From Eledone cirrhosa (taxonomy: Eukaryota): a stretch of 64,000 nt of DNA. A program made the translations under genes and the position numbers. Positions 39,405-53,454 of the stretch are shown here, piece after piece (position 1 is the stretch's first letter; every line of letters starts with the position of its first letter). The notes beneath the pieces were generated by a model that had not been told where the DNA came from, made no database searches, and was given only the letters and a program-made list of their open reading frames with translations. The stretch spans positions 4,774,001 to 4,838,000 of the forward strand of contig OZ024766.1 in NCBI GenBank assembly GCA_964016885.1, read 5' to 3'.

Positions 39405-40137
39405 TTAATCCTTTAGCATTTACATTACTCTATATATACTATTGTATTGTCACAGTAAAGGCTTTACCTCACATAATATCTCACATAACATTTACATTAC
39501 TCTATATATACTATTGTATTGTCACAGTAAAGGCTTTACCTTACATAATATCTCACATAACATTTACATAACTCTATATATACTATTGTATTTTCACAGT
39601 AAAGGCTTTACCTCACATAATATCTCACATAACATTTACATTACTCTATATATACTATTGTATTTTCACAGTAAAGGCTTTACCTCACATAATATCTCAC
39701 ATAACATTTACATTACTCTATATATACTATTGTATTGTCACAGTAAAGGCTTTACCTTACATAATATCTCACATAACATTTACATTACTCTATATTTACT
39801 ATTGTATTGTCACAGTAAAGGCTTTACCTCACATAATATCTCACATAACATTTACATAACTCTATATATACTATTGTATTTTCACAGTAAAGGCTTTACC
39901 TCACATAATATCTCACATAACATTTACATTACTCTATATTTACTATTGTATTTTCACGGTAAAAACTTTACCTTACATACTTATTTCTCATAATATCGAA
40001 TCTATGAGATTTTGATGTCATTTATTTTGGGTACAATACCTTAACATCAGTATGAGCAGCCATTTACAGCCGGTTTGAACAGAAAGAGGTGAGAGAATTC
40101 TGCCCGGATATGGCAGGTTTAAATGCTAAAGGGTTAA
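39405..40137 (-). mobile_element. Second copy of the TTAA MITE, inverted, 84-bp x ~6.5
   Basis: TTAA-TCCTTTAG ... CTAAAGGG-TTAA. Unique arm homologous to 35702-35845 in reverse. Confidence 0.75.
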
Positions 40138-40493
40138 AGTGTTCCTATTTAAATTAAAATCTTCCAACATAATTTTATATCGGATAACCTTACATTAAGT
40201 TACTATCTTAGTAATTAAATAATAAATAATTTTATTAAAACCCTCAAAATTCTTTATTAATTAACTTAAATGGAGTGGTTGTAGAATGTCTAAATAGGGA
40301 GTAAATTGGCAAAGTCGTTAGAACGTCAGATAGAATACTTTGAGTCTTTTATTTCATCTCTCTGCTGTCTGAGTTCAAATCTAGCCAAGGTCAACTTTAC
40401 CTTTCCTCCATTTGAGGTCGATAAAAAAAGTACCAGTCAAATACTGGGGTTCAATTCTTCCTCTATATCTCTTTCTCGCTTCCTTTCTTTCCT

Positions 40494-40524
<31 letters not shown>

Positions 40525-40717
40525 GTCTCCTTCAGTCTAAATCCCACTGAGATCAACTTTACCATCTGATTACCGAATGCTGAAGCTTGCACATTACTGC
40601 ACCAACTCCTGCACTTAATTCTTGCACTTAATTCAGCCTCTTGCCTTCCATCACTCGTGAACAACGGTCTCAGGATACTTGAACTTCTCTACCTGCTTCG
40701 GTGGAGCTCCATTCACA

Positions 40718-41087
40718 CGTAGTAAGAGTTGCCTCCCTTGCCATGACAATCTCATCACCGCTCTCTAGACAGGAAGCAGGTGGAGTTGCTTCCCTTTGGG
40801 ATTGACCAGACTCCCTGGTGGTCACTTCCGGTCAACAGATATAAAAGGAGCGGTTTACCACGAAATCTCTCTCTCGCCTCCTGATTCCTGAAGTGGTAAC
40901 ACCTTCGACCATAGCTTGTGATTCCTTCTTGACGACCCTTTCGTTACCAAGCTCAATGCAACTTGCAGCCTGAGATGAGAGCCTAAGATGTCTCTACCAA
41001 CTTCAGCCTTGTATTATGACCATCGGGTAACAAATCCTTATATTTAATGCCTTTTGACTTCCATGAAGTAAAAACTTTATTACCACA
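40718..41087 (+). mobile_element. Possible solo LTR
   Basis: cGTAGTAA...TTACCACA imperfect inverted ends, CACA on both flanks, internal TATAAAA and AGTAAA. Adjoins an RTE RT fragment (QVEKFKY). Confidence 0.4.
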
Positions 41088-41156
41088 CACACACACCGGT
41101 ATTTACTGTCTTTTATATTATGTTGCATGTACACCGATACCAATTTCCTAAACACA

Positions 41157-42331
41157 TGGTTTAACTTAGCTCAGTCCAGCTCAGCTTGGTTTAACTCAGC
41201 TCAGCTTGGTTTAACTTAGCTCAGCTCAGCTTGGTTTAACTTAGCTCAGCTCAGCTCAGCTTGGTTTAACTTAGCTCAGTCCAGCTCAGCTTGGTTTAAC
41301 TTAGCTCAGCTCAGCTTGGTTTAACTTAGCTCAGCTCAGCTCAGCTCAGCTTGGTTTAGCTCAGCTCAGCTCAGCTTGGTTTAACTTAGCTCAGCTCAGC
41401 TCAGCTTGGTTTAACTTAGCTCAGCTCAGCTCAGCTTGGTTTAACTTAGCTCAGCTCAGCTCAGCTTGGTTTAACTTAGCTCAGTCCAGCTCAGCTTGGT
41501 TTAACTTAGCTCAGTCCAGCTCAGCTTGGTTTAACTTAGCTCAGTCCAGCTCAGCTTGGTTTAGCTCAGCTCAGCTTGGTTTAACTTAGTTCAGTCCAGC
41601 TCAGCTTGGCCGGGCTTGGACCCTACTCCCCAATCATTATATTTTTCTCCCCTAACTACCAAAACACACATTTATTTGTATATATGCGCTACAATTTGTG
41701 TACATTTTATTTTTATCGCATGTCCCTTGGACAGTGGGGTAGAGAGAGGAGAGACTGGTATATATCGGTGACTGATGGTCTTCCACAAACAGACCTACAG
41801 GTTTATATACAGAGAAGGCCCAATCACTCGGGCCATTCTCGCAACATTCACCCACCTTTCAGTAAACTTACTGGGGTGCAATGCCTCTCTCTCCACTCTG
41901 ATTCTCCTTCTAAAGTGGTACCTAAAGAAGCGAATGAGTTGTTGTCCGGAGAGAAAGGGATCTGTCCTCAGTCCTCTCAACCTCGTCCACCATATAACAC
42001 CTTTCACTAAATTTACTGGGGTGCAGTGCCTCTCTCTCCACCCTGATTCTCCTTCTAAAGTGGTACCTAAAGAAGGGAATGAGTTGTTGTCCGGAGAGAA
42101 AGGGATCTGTCGTCAGTCCTCTCAACCTCGTCCACCATATAACACCTTTCAGTAAATTTACTGGGGTGCAGTGCCTCTCTCTCCACTCTGATTCTCCTTC
42201 TAAAGTGGTACCTAAAGAAGGGAATGAGTTGTTGTCCGGAGAGAAAGGCATCTGTCCTCAGTCCTCTCAACCTCGTCCACCATATAACACCTTTCAGTAA
42301 ACTTACTGGGGTGCAGTGCCTCTCTCTCCAT
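41157..42331 (-). repeat. 25-30-bp satellite + spacer + Tx1-like 3' end with 145-bp x ~3.5 array (left arm of long inverted repeat)
   Basis: Reverse complement of 50848-52967. Confidence 0.88.
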
Positions 42332-42550
42332 TCACATGTAGAGTGCACTGCGCAGGTTTCCTTGCGAGGACGAGTGTCTCAGCTTCCGTAACACTGATTT
42401 TCATTCCAGCCATGCAGCACTCAGCACTAAACCTATCAAGTGCAAGTCGGAGATCACCTTGACGTCTGCAAATTCCAGCCAAGGGGTTTTACACCCCGCC
42501 AGACATGACACCGCTTCCTACCCGGCTGTGCATGTCAAGCCTGTCCCGGA

Positions 42551-43667
42551 AAATAATTGTTTTTACTTTAGGCACAAGGCCAGCAATTACCCCAGTGTAT
42601 TACTGGTACTTTATTTTATCGACCCTGTAATAATTGCTTCTACTTTTGGCACAAGGCCAGCAATTACCCCAGTGTATTACTGGTACTTTATTTTATCGAC
42701 CCTGTAATAATTGCTTCTACTTTTGGCACAAGGCCAGCAATTACCCCAGTGTATTACTGGTACTTTATTTTATCGACCCTGTAATAATTGCTTCTACTTT
42801 TGGCACAAGGCCAGCAATTACCCCAGTGTATTACTGGTACTTTATTTTATCGACCCTGTAATAATTGCTTCTACTTTTGGCACAAGGCCAGCAATTACCT
42901 CAGTGTATTACTGGTACTTTATTTTATCGACCCTGTAATAATTGCTTCTACTTTTGGCACAAGGCCAGCAATTACCCCAGTGTATTACTGGTACTTTATT
43001 TTATCGACCCTGTAATAATTGCTTCTACTTTTGGCACAAGGCCAGCAATTATCCCAGTGTATTACTGGTACTTTATTTTATCGACCCTGTAATAATTGCT
43101 TCTACTTTTGGCACAAGGCCAGCAATTACCTCAGTGTATTACTGGTACTTTATTTTATCGACCCTGTAATAATTGCTTCTACTTTTGGCACAAGGCCAGC
43201 AATTACCCCAGTGTATTACTGGTACTTTATTTTATCGACCCCGTAATAATTGCGTCTACTTTTGGCACAAGGCCAGCAATTACCCCAGTGTATTACTGGT
43301 ACTTTATTTTATCGACCCCGTAATAATTGTTTCTACTTTTGGCACAAGGCCAGCAATTATCCCAGTGTATTACTGGTACTTTATTTTATCGACCCCGTAA
43401 TAATTGGTTCTACTTTTGGCACAAGGCCAGCAATTACCCCAGTGTATTACTGGTACTTTATTTTATCGACCCCGTAATAATTGTTTCTACTTTTGGCACA
43501 AGGCCAGCAATTACCCCAGTGTATTACTGGTACTTTATTTTATCGACCCCGTAAGGATGAAAGGCAAAGTCAACCTCGGCGGGATTTGAACTCAGATCGT
43601 AAAGGGACGTAACTATGCTGGAAAGCATGGCGTCCGACCCTCTACCGATACTGCCAATCCACCGCCT
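42551..43667 (-). mobile_element. Full SINE family B with 77-bp x ~13 tail array
   Basis: Minus strand: A box TGGCAGTATCGG, B box GAGTTCAAATCC, central 'ggttgactttgcctttcatcc...gtcgataaaa' (MetaSINE-like, inferred), then the tandem tail. Confidence 0.88.
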
Positions 43668-43904
43668 TTTGTCCCTGAAAATAATGAACAGAAGAGGTGA
43701 CAGTACACACCCTTGGCGGACTCTGACTCCCACATTGAATTTAGCATCAATTTAGCACCATTTATCTGAACATATTTACAAGAGCATTCATATAGAAACA
43801 TCAGAACATTCCACAGCAGGTCCTGAGCATAAAGTACTGATTTTGATACCTGCCTCGATAAACCACAAATCTACTGAACCACCTAATAACCTTGTATGTA
43901 TCTA

Positions 43905-44345
43905 TCTAAGGCAGGTAAAATTCCCGAGATCTCACATTCAAAGTGCCCATTTTGATGGCTCTTCTGCATGACAAAACTGCATTCTTTATATTTGTCTCAG
44001 AGACAGCTGATCCATCATCCACTGGCCCTCTCTGTGGCTCTAAGCCAGCAGAGTCATAACGACCAGGCTGCTCCTTGACAGTGTAATTAGGGGCTCTAAC
44101 CCTAGTGCTGTTAGATCGACTCTCCATATTTCTTTTCAATGGCTGACAATACCTTACCGGCGCCACTCGAATAAGTTAGTTATTTAACCCATAAATGGAG
44201 CCCTAACAGGTACTACCACCCTGGGCCAGGGCAGACCTGGGAGTCATGACAACTAAGGGGTAACTCCACATTCCCCCACAACTCCTGAACTTCCGAACTG
44301 GAGCCTTGCCACTGGATGTAGTTTAATGTCATACCCAGGACATCC
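43905..44345 (-). mobile_element. Internally deleted RTE derivative (5' UTR + APE start fused to the 3' terminus)
   Basis: IKMGTLNVRS joined to 'ctcgggaattttacctgccttaga', the 3' end also seen at 2561 and 17700. Confidence 0.65.
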
Positions 44346-44348
44346 TTG

Positions 44349-44383
<35 letters not shown>

Positions 44384-44799
44384 TTGACTTGTTCTTCTTT
44401 TTGGTAAATATCATCTTGGTTAAGAGAGTGGGACTGGCTTTGTGCAGTGCCTTTGCTCACTATAAAAGCTTCACGGCACAGGCATTGCTTTATATCTGGA
44501 GATCTCTCTGCACTTGTCCTCACATGGTACCATGGGCCCAGCACTATGTGTCAATAATTGTCACAAGTGTAGTGTTTGTACCAGAGTTTTCAAGTCGCTG
44601 GCTGGACTAAAATGTCACACTCGTTCAGCGCATCGGGAGGGGTTCTCCTACATGGATATAAAGTAGTGGCCGTACTCGAAAACGAGTTGGCAGCCACCAT
44701 ATATATATAAAAGTCTAAAGTCTGTCTTAAGCCAGAAAGCTCATTTGGGCGGTGCTTATCCCAGTTTCATGGCATGCAGCGACTCAGAGTACAAGTACA

Positions 44800-45003
44800 A
44801 ATCCCAGTAGAAGGAAGACGTGGTAGAGGTAGACAACAAAAAACATAGGCTGAGGTGGTGAGAGCTGACCTCAGATCGCTGAAACTCACGGGGGAGATGA
44901 CGAAGGACTGTGACAGGTGGAGAGATGCTGCGCTGAATAGGACCCGTCCCACCCTTGCAAGCAGGGAAAAGCGGACGTAAAATGATGATGATGATGATGA
45001 TGA
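44800..45003 (+). mobile_element. RTE/BovB-like LINE 3' end
   Basis: VEGRRGRGR...EVVRADL...DRWR, (GAT)n tail. Confidence 0.75.
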
Positions 45004-45033
45004 AATGTGTGTCTTTAACTCATTTTATAAATG

Positions 45034-45068
<35 letters not shown>

Positions 45069-45247
45069 AAGAAATTTTGTATTTCTAAAGAAATACTGTA
45101 TGTTTACAGGTAACAAGGTGCTTCTGTTGGACACAACCAGAGGGGGGTTAGCCCCAGTTTTTTTTTTTGGCATAGTTACAGCTTTATAAATGTTTACCTG
45201 TAAACATACTGTGTTTCTTTAGAAATACGAAATTTCTATCTATATAT

Positions 45248-46260
45248 ATATGGACATGCCCACAAAGTCAGAAAACAGCACAGTTCCCATGACTTTCGGA
45301 AACATTTTTTCACGCTCAGAGTTGCTGAAGCATGGAACAAACTACCTGCATCAGTTGTTAGCTGTCGAGACACTGCATCCTTTAAGGCCTCCATGGAACA
45401 AACTACTTGCATCAGTTGTTAGCTGTCGAGACACTGCATCCTTTAAGGCCTCCATGGAACAAACTACCTGCATCAGTTGTTAGCTGTCGAGACACTGCAT
45501 CCTTTAAAACCTCCATGGAACAAACTGCCTGCATCAGTTGTTAGCTGTCGAGACACTGCATCCTTTAAAACCTCCATGGAACAAACTACCTGCATCAGTT
45601 GTTAGCTGTCGAGACACTGCATCCTTTAAAACCTCCATGGAACAAACTACCTGCACCAGTTGTTAGCTGTCGAGACACTGCATCCTTTAAAACCTCCATG
45701 GAACAAACTACCTGCATCAATTGTTAGCTGTCGAGACACTGCATCCTTTAAAACCTCCATGGAACAAACTACTGCATCAGTTGTTAGCTGTCGAGACACT
45801 GCATCCTTTAAAACCTCCATGGAACAAACTACCTGCATCAGTTGTTAGCTGTCGAGACACTGCATCCTTTAAAACCTCCATGGAACAAACTACCTGCATC
45901 AATTGTTAGCTGTCGAGACACTGCATCCTTTAAAACCTCCATGGAACAAACTACTGCATCAGTTGTTAGCTGTCGAGACACTGCATCCTTTAAAACCTCC
46001 ATGGAACAAACTACCTGCATCAGTTGTTAGCTGTCGAGACACTGCATCCTTTAAAACCTCCATGGAACAAACTACTGCATCAATTGTTAGCTGTCGAGAC
46101 ACTGCATCCTTTAAAACCTCCATGGAACAAACTACCTGCATCAGTTGTTAGCTGTCGAGACACTGCATCCTTTAAAACCTCCATGGAACAAACTACCTGC
46201 ACCAGTTGTTAGCTGTCCAGACACTGCATCCTTTAAAACCTCCATGGAACAAACTACCTG
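45248..46260 (+). repeat. CR1-like LINE 3' fragment expanded as 61-bp x ~15 array
   Basis: GHAHKVRK...[21 protein letters not shown]...SFK, the CR1-type FFxxRVxxxWNxLP motif. Confidence 0.85.
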
Positions 46261-46276
46261 CTGTGTATATATATAT

Positions 46277-46358
<82 letters not shown>

Positions 46359-47081
46359 GTATATATATATACACACACATATGTATATATATATATATAC
46401 ACACATATATATATATATACACACATATATATATATATACACACATATATATATACACACACATATATATATATATATACACACACATATGTATATATAT
46501 ATATACACACATGTATATATATATATACACACACACATATATATATATATATACACACACACATATATATATATATACACACACACATATATATATATAT
46601 ATATACACACACACATGTATATATATATATACACACATGTATATATATATATACACACACACATATATATATATATATACACACACACATATATATATAT
46701 ACACACACACATATATATATATTCACACACACACATATATATATATACACACACACATATATATATATATATACACACACACATATATATATATACACAC
46801 ACACATATATATATACACACACACATATATATATATACACACACACACATATATATATATATATACACACACTTATATATATATATATACACACACATAT
46901 ATGTATATATATATATACACACACATATATGTATATATATATGTACACACACATATATATATATATATATATACATACATTTTATATATATATATATATA
47001 CATTTTATATATATATATAAAACATTATTTTCGTTTCAACGACATACATATATATATATACATATATACATGCAAGTATAC

Positions 47082-47113
<32 letters not shown>

Positions 47114-47334
47114 ATATATATATATATGCACATGTATATAATAGGTGTAGAATTTAGTTAACTCCAAAGTCCTAGTAACTAGGCTGAGGTCAGCTATCGG
47201 TCCCTCTTAACAATAGATTTTCAGGGGGGGGGGGGGGGGGGAGGGCTTGTTTTTGTCAGACCCAATTGTAATCTTCATCCTTCATTCATAAAATTATTAA
47301 TATAACTGTTTAGCCCCTAATATATATTCACGAG

Positions 47335-47382
<48 letters not shown>

Positions 47383-47395
47383 TATATGTATGGTA

Positions 47396-47445
<50 letters not shown>

Positions 47446-47505
47446 GTTATATGTATGGCATATATATATATATATGTATGTATGTATGTAGTTATATCTA
47501 TGGTA

Positions 47506-47549
<44 letters not shown>

Positions 47550-47560
47550 GTTATATGTAT

Positions 47561-47612
<52 letters not shown>

Positions 47613-47764
47613 GTTATATGTATGGCATATATATATATATATATATATATACAGTATTTTCCGTTGTGTTGTAATATAAATATTACACACAGTAGATTAT
47701 CAGCTCACGTAGAGTTTGCTCGACGGTTCCAGTTGTAGTTCCAAAAGTAATCCGGAGAAAAATA

Positions 47765-48504
47765 GAAAGATTTGAATGGATACAGTTTAGTTGAAAGGAA
47801 TTTATTGACACGTGTTTCTATAACAGTTACATAACCTAAAACAGCTATCTACAAACTTTTAGTTATGCAGACATTCAATATTTCAATGTTATTATTTACT
47901 GTCATTTCATCAGAATAATATTACTGAGGACCTATTTAGTTTTTATAGAGAATATTAGGAGGGAGGGGTGAAGTTGTTAGAAGAATAGTTGAAGGAGTGG
48001 TTTTTCGATAGCAGTGAGAATTCTTGGTGGCAGTGAGTAATTAGATTCCCATCTGTTGTTTTGACATTTTTTATAGAATATATTATTGGTTATTTTTCTA
48101 AATCTATAGAAGGATTAGAGATAGTAAAGATATGCGTGGTTGGTTTTGTGTTTGCACTTAACATTCAGACTTAAATTTTTCTTTCAAGTGTACGTATTCT
48201 TTCACCCACGCATTCACACACAAATATATTTGCACACCTCTACAAAATACATATACTCACAATTCACATATTCATACTTACATATATATACACATGCATA
48301 CACATATATATACACACATGTATTCATGTACATACATACGCGCTCATGTGTATACATTTTCATACTCAACTTATCTTTATATATACACACGTATAGACAC
48401 ACACATATATACATACACACTCTAGTCCATGTGTACACACATACACATACATACACATCCATATACACATACATACATACACATATATATATATATATAT
48501 ACAC

Positions 48505-48535
<31 letters not shown>

Positions 48536-49352
48536 CATACATATACATATATACACATATATACATATACACACACACATATATATATATATAAGCACTT
48601 TAATACATGAATACACTTACATCTAACTATACACATCAAACATATATATATATTTACTTATTTATATACATTTTCACATATATATACATACTTATGGACG
48701 TTTTTAGACACATTCATTATCGCATATTTGTACCTATTCTCATCAGCATATCTTTTCATTATTAGTATGGTAATTTAAGGTTATTAATATATGTTGAGAA
48801 GAGATTGTTTTTATATTTTTCTAACTAGATTAAGGTTTATATAGTTGGGGGATGTCCCTCTTTTATGTAATATTCTGCTTGTAGTGGGAAAAAAAGGGTT
48901 TTAGTTCTGTGACGGCAGAATAATGTTCGTTCAATTCTGTTATTCAGCAGTTTCTTCTTGTGTGTGATTATGTAATAAATCTCAAGATTACACAATTTGC
49001 AGAAATTTTGGCTCCTGGAAAAGCTTTGGGTTTTAGCTAATTTTTCCCATGTCAAAACAACAGATGGGAATCTAATTACTCACTGCCACCAAGAATTCTC
49101 ACTGCTATCGAAAAACCACTCCTTCAACTATTCTTCTAACAACTTCACCCCTCCCTCCTAATATTCTCTATAAAAACTAAATAGGTCCTCAGTAATATTA
49201 TTCTGATGAAATGACAGTAAATAATAACATTGAAATATTGAATGTCTGCATAACTAAAAGTTTGTAGATAGCTGTTTTAGGTTATGTAACTGTTATAGAA
49301 ACACGTGTCAATAAATTCCTTTCAACTAAACTGTATCCATTCAAATCTTTCT
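47765..49352 (-). mobile_element. Penelope-like element remnant with ~290-bp inverted pseudo-LTRs
   Basis: 47765-48066 mirrors 49051-49352. ORF 48837-49055 has CKLCNLE...LLNNR.E...CRH.TK, the PLE endonuclease C-terminal Cys/His motif. Confidence 0.75.
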
Positions 49353-49399
49353 ATATATATATATATGTATATGTATGTATGTAGTTATATGTATGGCAC

Positions 49400-49430
<31 letters not shown>

Positions 49431-49441
49431 GTTATATGTAT

Positions 49442-49495
<54 letters not shown>

Positions 49496-49510
49496 GTTAT
49501 ATGTATGGTA

Positions 49511-49556
<46 letters not shown>

Positions 49557-49565
49557 TATATGTAT

Positions 49566-49601
<36 letters not shown>

Positions 49602-49985
49602 CCAGTCAATATTAATTAGTCTTATCTGGAGATAATTAAGTAATTAAGGGGCAGATATTTCCTTTCTTTATGTCTGAGAGGTGTTATTGTTGTCTTATCA
49701 GCTTCAGGTCTGATTACACCAGATCCCTTTATGGTGAATGATGTCATAATTGTAGATAAATATTAAGCGTTTACCTGTGTATATAGCTAAATACCTATGT
49801 GTCTATCTATCTAGCTATATATATAGATATATATATATATATAGGAACAAGTATGACCCCGACGGCAGAGCTCAAGCCGTTTCGACGGCTAATTCTGGAC
49901 TCTTACCTATTACCCACTCTACTACCCTAAGTATTGAGTACTTTGGTGCGTTATGGTCCACCTGGTTCCTTACCACATTTCCTTC

Positions 49986-50039
<54 letters not shown>

Positions 50040-50248
50040 CATCATCATCATCATCATCGTTTAACGTCCATATTCCACGCTTGCATGGGTTTGGACGGGA
50101 GTTTTCCCACTTGAGGCAAGAGTGGTTGTCTTGCTCGCATAGGACTGTCTGGTGGGTTTTCTACAGCTGGATGCCCTTCCTAACACCAACCACGTTTACA
50201 GTGTGGGGCTGGGAGGTTTTTACCATGTTACCTACACGGTATACCTAT

Positions 50249-50317
<69 letters not shown>

Positions 50318-50544
50318 ATGTGAAGACTAAAATCGGAAGAGACCTCGACAAGCAAAGAATCGCTTAAGGGTGAAAGCAGCGATACTTTGCTTAAACTTTA
50401 ATCTGTTATTTTAATAAATATATATATATATATATATATTCGATTGACTTTCGTCAAATCGGACCGAGGAAACAATGTTTCCGTTGGTCTTTCCAATTGC
50501 TAATACTCTCTATCGGTCGCAACTCCAGGTAGAAGGCACAACGT

Positions 50545-50654
50545 GAAATAAAGTGTCTTGCTCAAGGACATAACACATCACCTGGTCCAGGAATCGAACT
50601 CACAACCTCACGATTGCGAATCCAATTCTCTAACCACTCAGCCACGCGCCTTCA
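50545..50654 (-). mobile_element. tRNA-head/CORE-like SINE 5' part
   Basis: Minus strand TGGCTGAGTGG (A box), GAGTTCGATTCC (B box), ttgagcaagacactt. Confidence 0.75.
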
Positions 50655-50811
50655 CTAAATATATATATATATATTGAATATTTACTCCAATAATCAGTTG
50701 AGTGCTTTATATCAGTTATAAAAATGTTTAAGCTTGTTGAATCCCAACAAATTAAATATAACCTCTGCATATATATATATATATATATATGTCTATCTAT
50801 CTAGGGAGAGA

Positions 50812-52967
50812 GGCTGTTTTCCTCTGTATAGGGGCTATGGTGAAAGAGGTTATATGGTGGACGAGATTGAGAGGACTGAGGACAGATGCCTTTCTCTCCG
50901 GACAACAACTCATTCCCTTCTTTAGGTGCTACTTTAGAAGGAGAATCAGAGTGGAGAGAGAGGCACTGCACCCCAGTAAATTTACTGAAAGGTGTTACAT
51001 GGTGGACGAGGTTGAGAGGACTGAGGACAGATGCCTTTCTCTCCGGACAACAACTCATTCCCTTCTTTAGGTGCTACTTTAGAAGGAGAATCAGAGTGGA
51101 GAGAGAGGCACTGCACCCCAGTAAATTTACTGAAAGGTGTTATATGGTGGACGAGGTTGAGAGGACTGAGGACAGATGCCTTTCTCTCCGGACAACAACT
51201 CATTCCCTTCTTTAGGTACCACTTTAGAAGGAGAATCAGAGTGGAGAGAGAGGCATTGCACCCCAGTAAATTTACTGAAAGGTGTTATATGGTGGACGAG
51301 GTTGAGAGGACTGAGGACAGATGCCTTTCTCTCCGGACAACAACTCATTCCCTTCTTTAGGTACCACTTTAGAAGGAGAATCAGGGTGGAGAGAGAGGCA
51401 CTGCACCCCAATAAATTTAGTGAAAGGTGTTATATGGTGGACGAGGTTGAGAGGACTGAGGACAGATCCCTTTCTCTCCGGACAACAACTCATTCGCTTC
51501 TTTAGGTACCACTTTAGAAGGAGAATCAGAGTGGAGAGAGAGGCACTGCACCCCAGTAAGTTTACTGAAAGGTGTTACATGGTGGACGAGGTTGAGAGGA
51601 CTGAGGACAGATGCCTTTCTCTCCGGACAACAACTCATTCCCTTCTTTAGGTACCACTTTAGAAGGAGAATCAGGGTGGAGAGAGAGGCACTGCACCCCA
51701 ATAAATTTAGTGAAAGGTGTTATATGGTGGACGAGGTTGAGAGGACTGAGGACAGATCCCTTTCTCTCCGGACAACAACTCATTCGCTTCTTTAGGTACC
51801 ACTTTAGAAGGAGAATCAGAGTGGAGAGAGAGGCACTGCACCCCAGTAAGTTTACTGAAAGGTGGGTGAATGTTGCGAGAATGGCCCGAGTGATTGGGAC
51901 TTCTCTGTATATAAACCTGTAGGTCTGTTTGTGGCAGACCATCAGTCACCGATACATACCAGTCTCTCCTCTCTCTACCCCACTGATGTTGTCCAAGGGA
52001 CATGCAATAAAAATAAAATGTACACAAATTGTAGCGCATATATACAAATAAATGTGTGTTTTGGTAGTTAGGGGAGAAAAATATAATGATTGGGGAGTAG
52101 GGTCCAAGCCCGGCCAAGCTGAGCTGGACTGAACTAAGTTAAACCAAGCTAAGCTGAGCTGAGCTAAGTTAAACCAAGCTGAGCTGGACTGAGCTAAGTT
52201 AAACCAAGCTGAGCTGGACTGAGCTAAGTTAAACCAAGCTGAGCTGGACTGAGCTAAGTTAAACCAAGCTGAGCTGAGCTGAGCTAAGTTAAACCAAGCT
52301 AAGCTGAGCTGAGCTAAGTTAAACCAAGCTGAGCTGGACTGAGCTAAGTTAAACCAAGCTGAGCTGGACTGAGCTAAGTTAAACCAAGCTGAGCTGGACT
52401 GAGCTAAGTTAAACCAAGCTGAGCTGAGCTGAGCTAAGTTAAACCAAGCTGAGCTGGACTGAGCTAAGTTAAACCAAGCTGAGCTGGACTGAGCTAAGTT
52501 AAACCAAGCTGAGCTGGACTGAGCTAAGTTAAACCAAGCTAAGCTGAGCTGAGCTAAGTTAAACCATGCTGAGCTGGACTGAGCTAAGTTAAACCAAGCT
52601 GAGCTGGACTGAGCTAAGTTAAACCAAGCTGAGCTGGACTGAGCTAAGTTAAACCAAGCTGAGCTGGACTGAGCTAAGTTAAACCAAGCTGAGCTGGACT
52701 GAGCTAAGTTAAACCAAGCTGAGCTGGACTGAGCTAAGTTAAACCAAGCTGAGCTGGACTGAGCTAAGTTAAACCAAGCTGAGCTGAGCTAAGTTAAACC
52801 AAGCTGAGCTGGACTGAGCTAAGTTAAACCAAGCTGAGCTGAGCTGAGCTAAGTTAAACCAAGCTGAGCTGGACTGAGCTAAGTTAAACCAAGCTGAGCT
52901 GAGCTGAGCTAAGTTAAACCAAGCTGAGCTGGACTGAGCTAAGTTAAACCAAGCTGAGCTGAGCTGA
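50812..52967 (+). repeat. Tx1-like 3' end with 145-bp x ~7 array + spacer + 30-bp x ~28 satellite (right arm)
   Basis: Satellite unit is aaaccaagctgagctggactgagctaagtt; inverted homolog of 41157-42331. Confidence 0.88.
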
Positions 52968-53454
52968 CCAAGATACTCTCATGGAATGACCAAATGAGGT
53001 TGATTTTCCAGCATAGTCCCTGGAAAGAAACAATACCTGTCTGTCTGTGCTCTGTGTAATAGCCATGGCGAGGTGGACGCGTCTAAAAGGGCTGAGGTCG
53101 GACACCTTTCTTTCCGGTCAACAACTGGTCCTTTTCTTCCGATACCATTTCGGAAGAAGGATCAGGATGGAGAGAGAGGTGCTCCACCCCAGCCAGTTTT
53201 ATGAAAGGTGAGTGAAAGTGGCAAGAATGGCTCGTGTGAATGGGCCTTCTCTCTACCTCAGCCTGTAGGTGGAAAAGGATGAAGGGAGCACCCTCTCTTT
53301 GTGCTCCCTTGGAGAAGGGTCGCACATTTTTTTTTTCGGGGTGTGTGTGACCCCAAAACGATCCCTCCCTATTGAGGACCTTTTTGTTATAATTTTATTT
53401 ATTACATTTTTTTTTACTCGATTTTTATGTAACCCCCCCCCCCTCCCCATGATA

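Noticed and set aside
31028-49245. Further hammerhead-like motifs at about 31030-31062 and 49200-49245
   Set aside because: Core mutated (CTAATGA) or non-cleavable UG at the cut site; treated as decayed copies.
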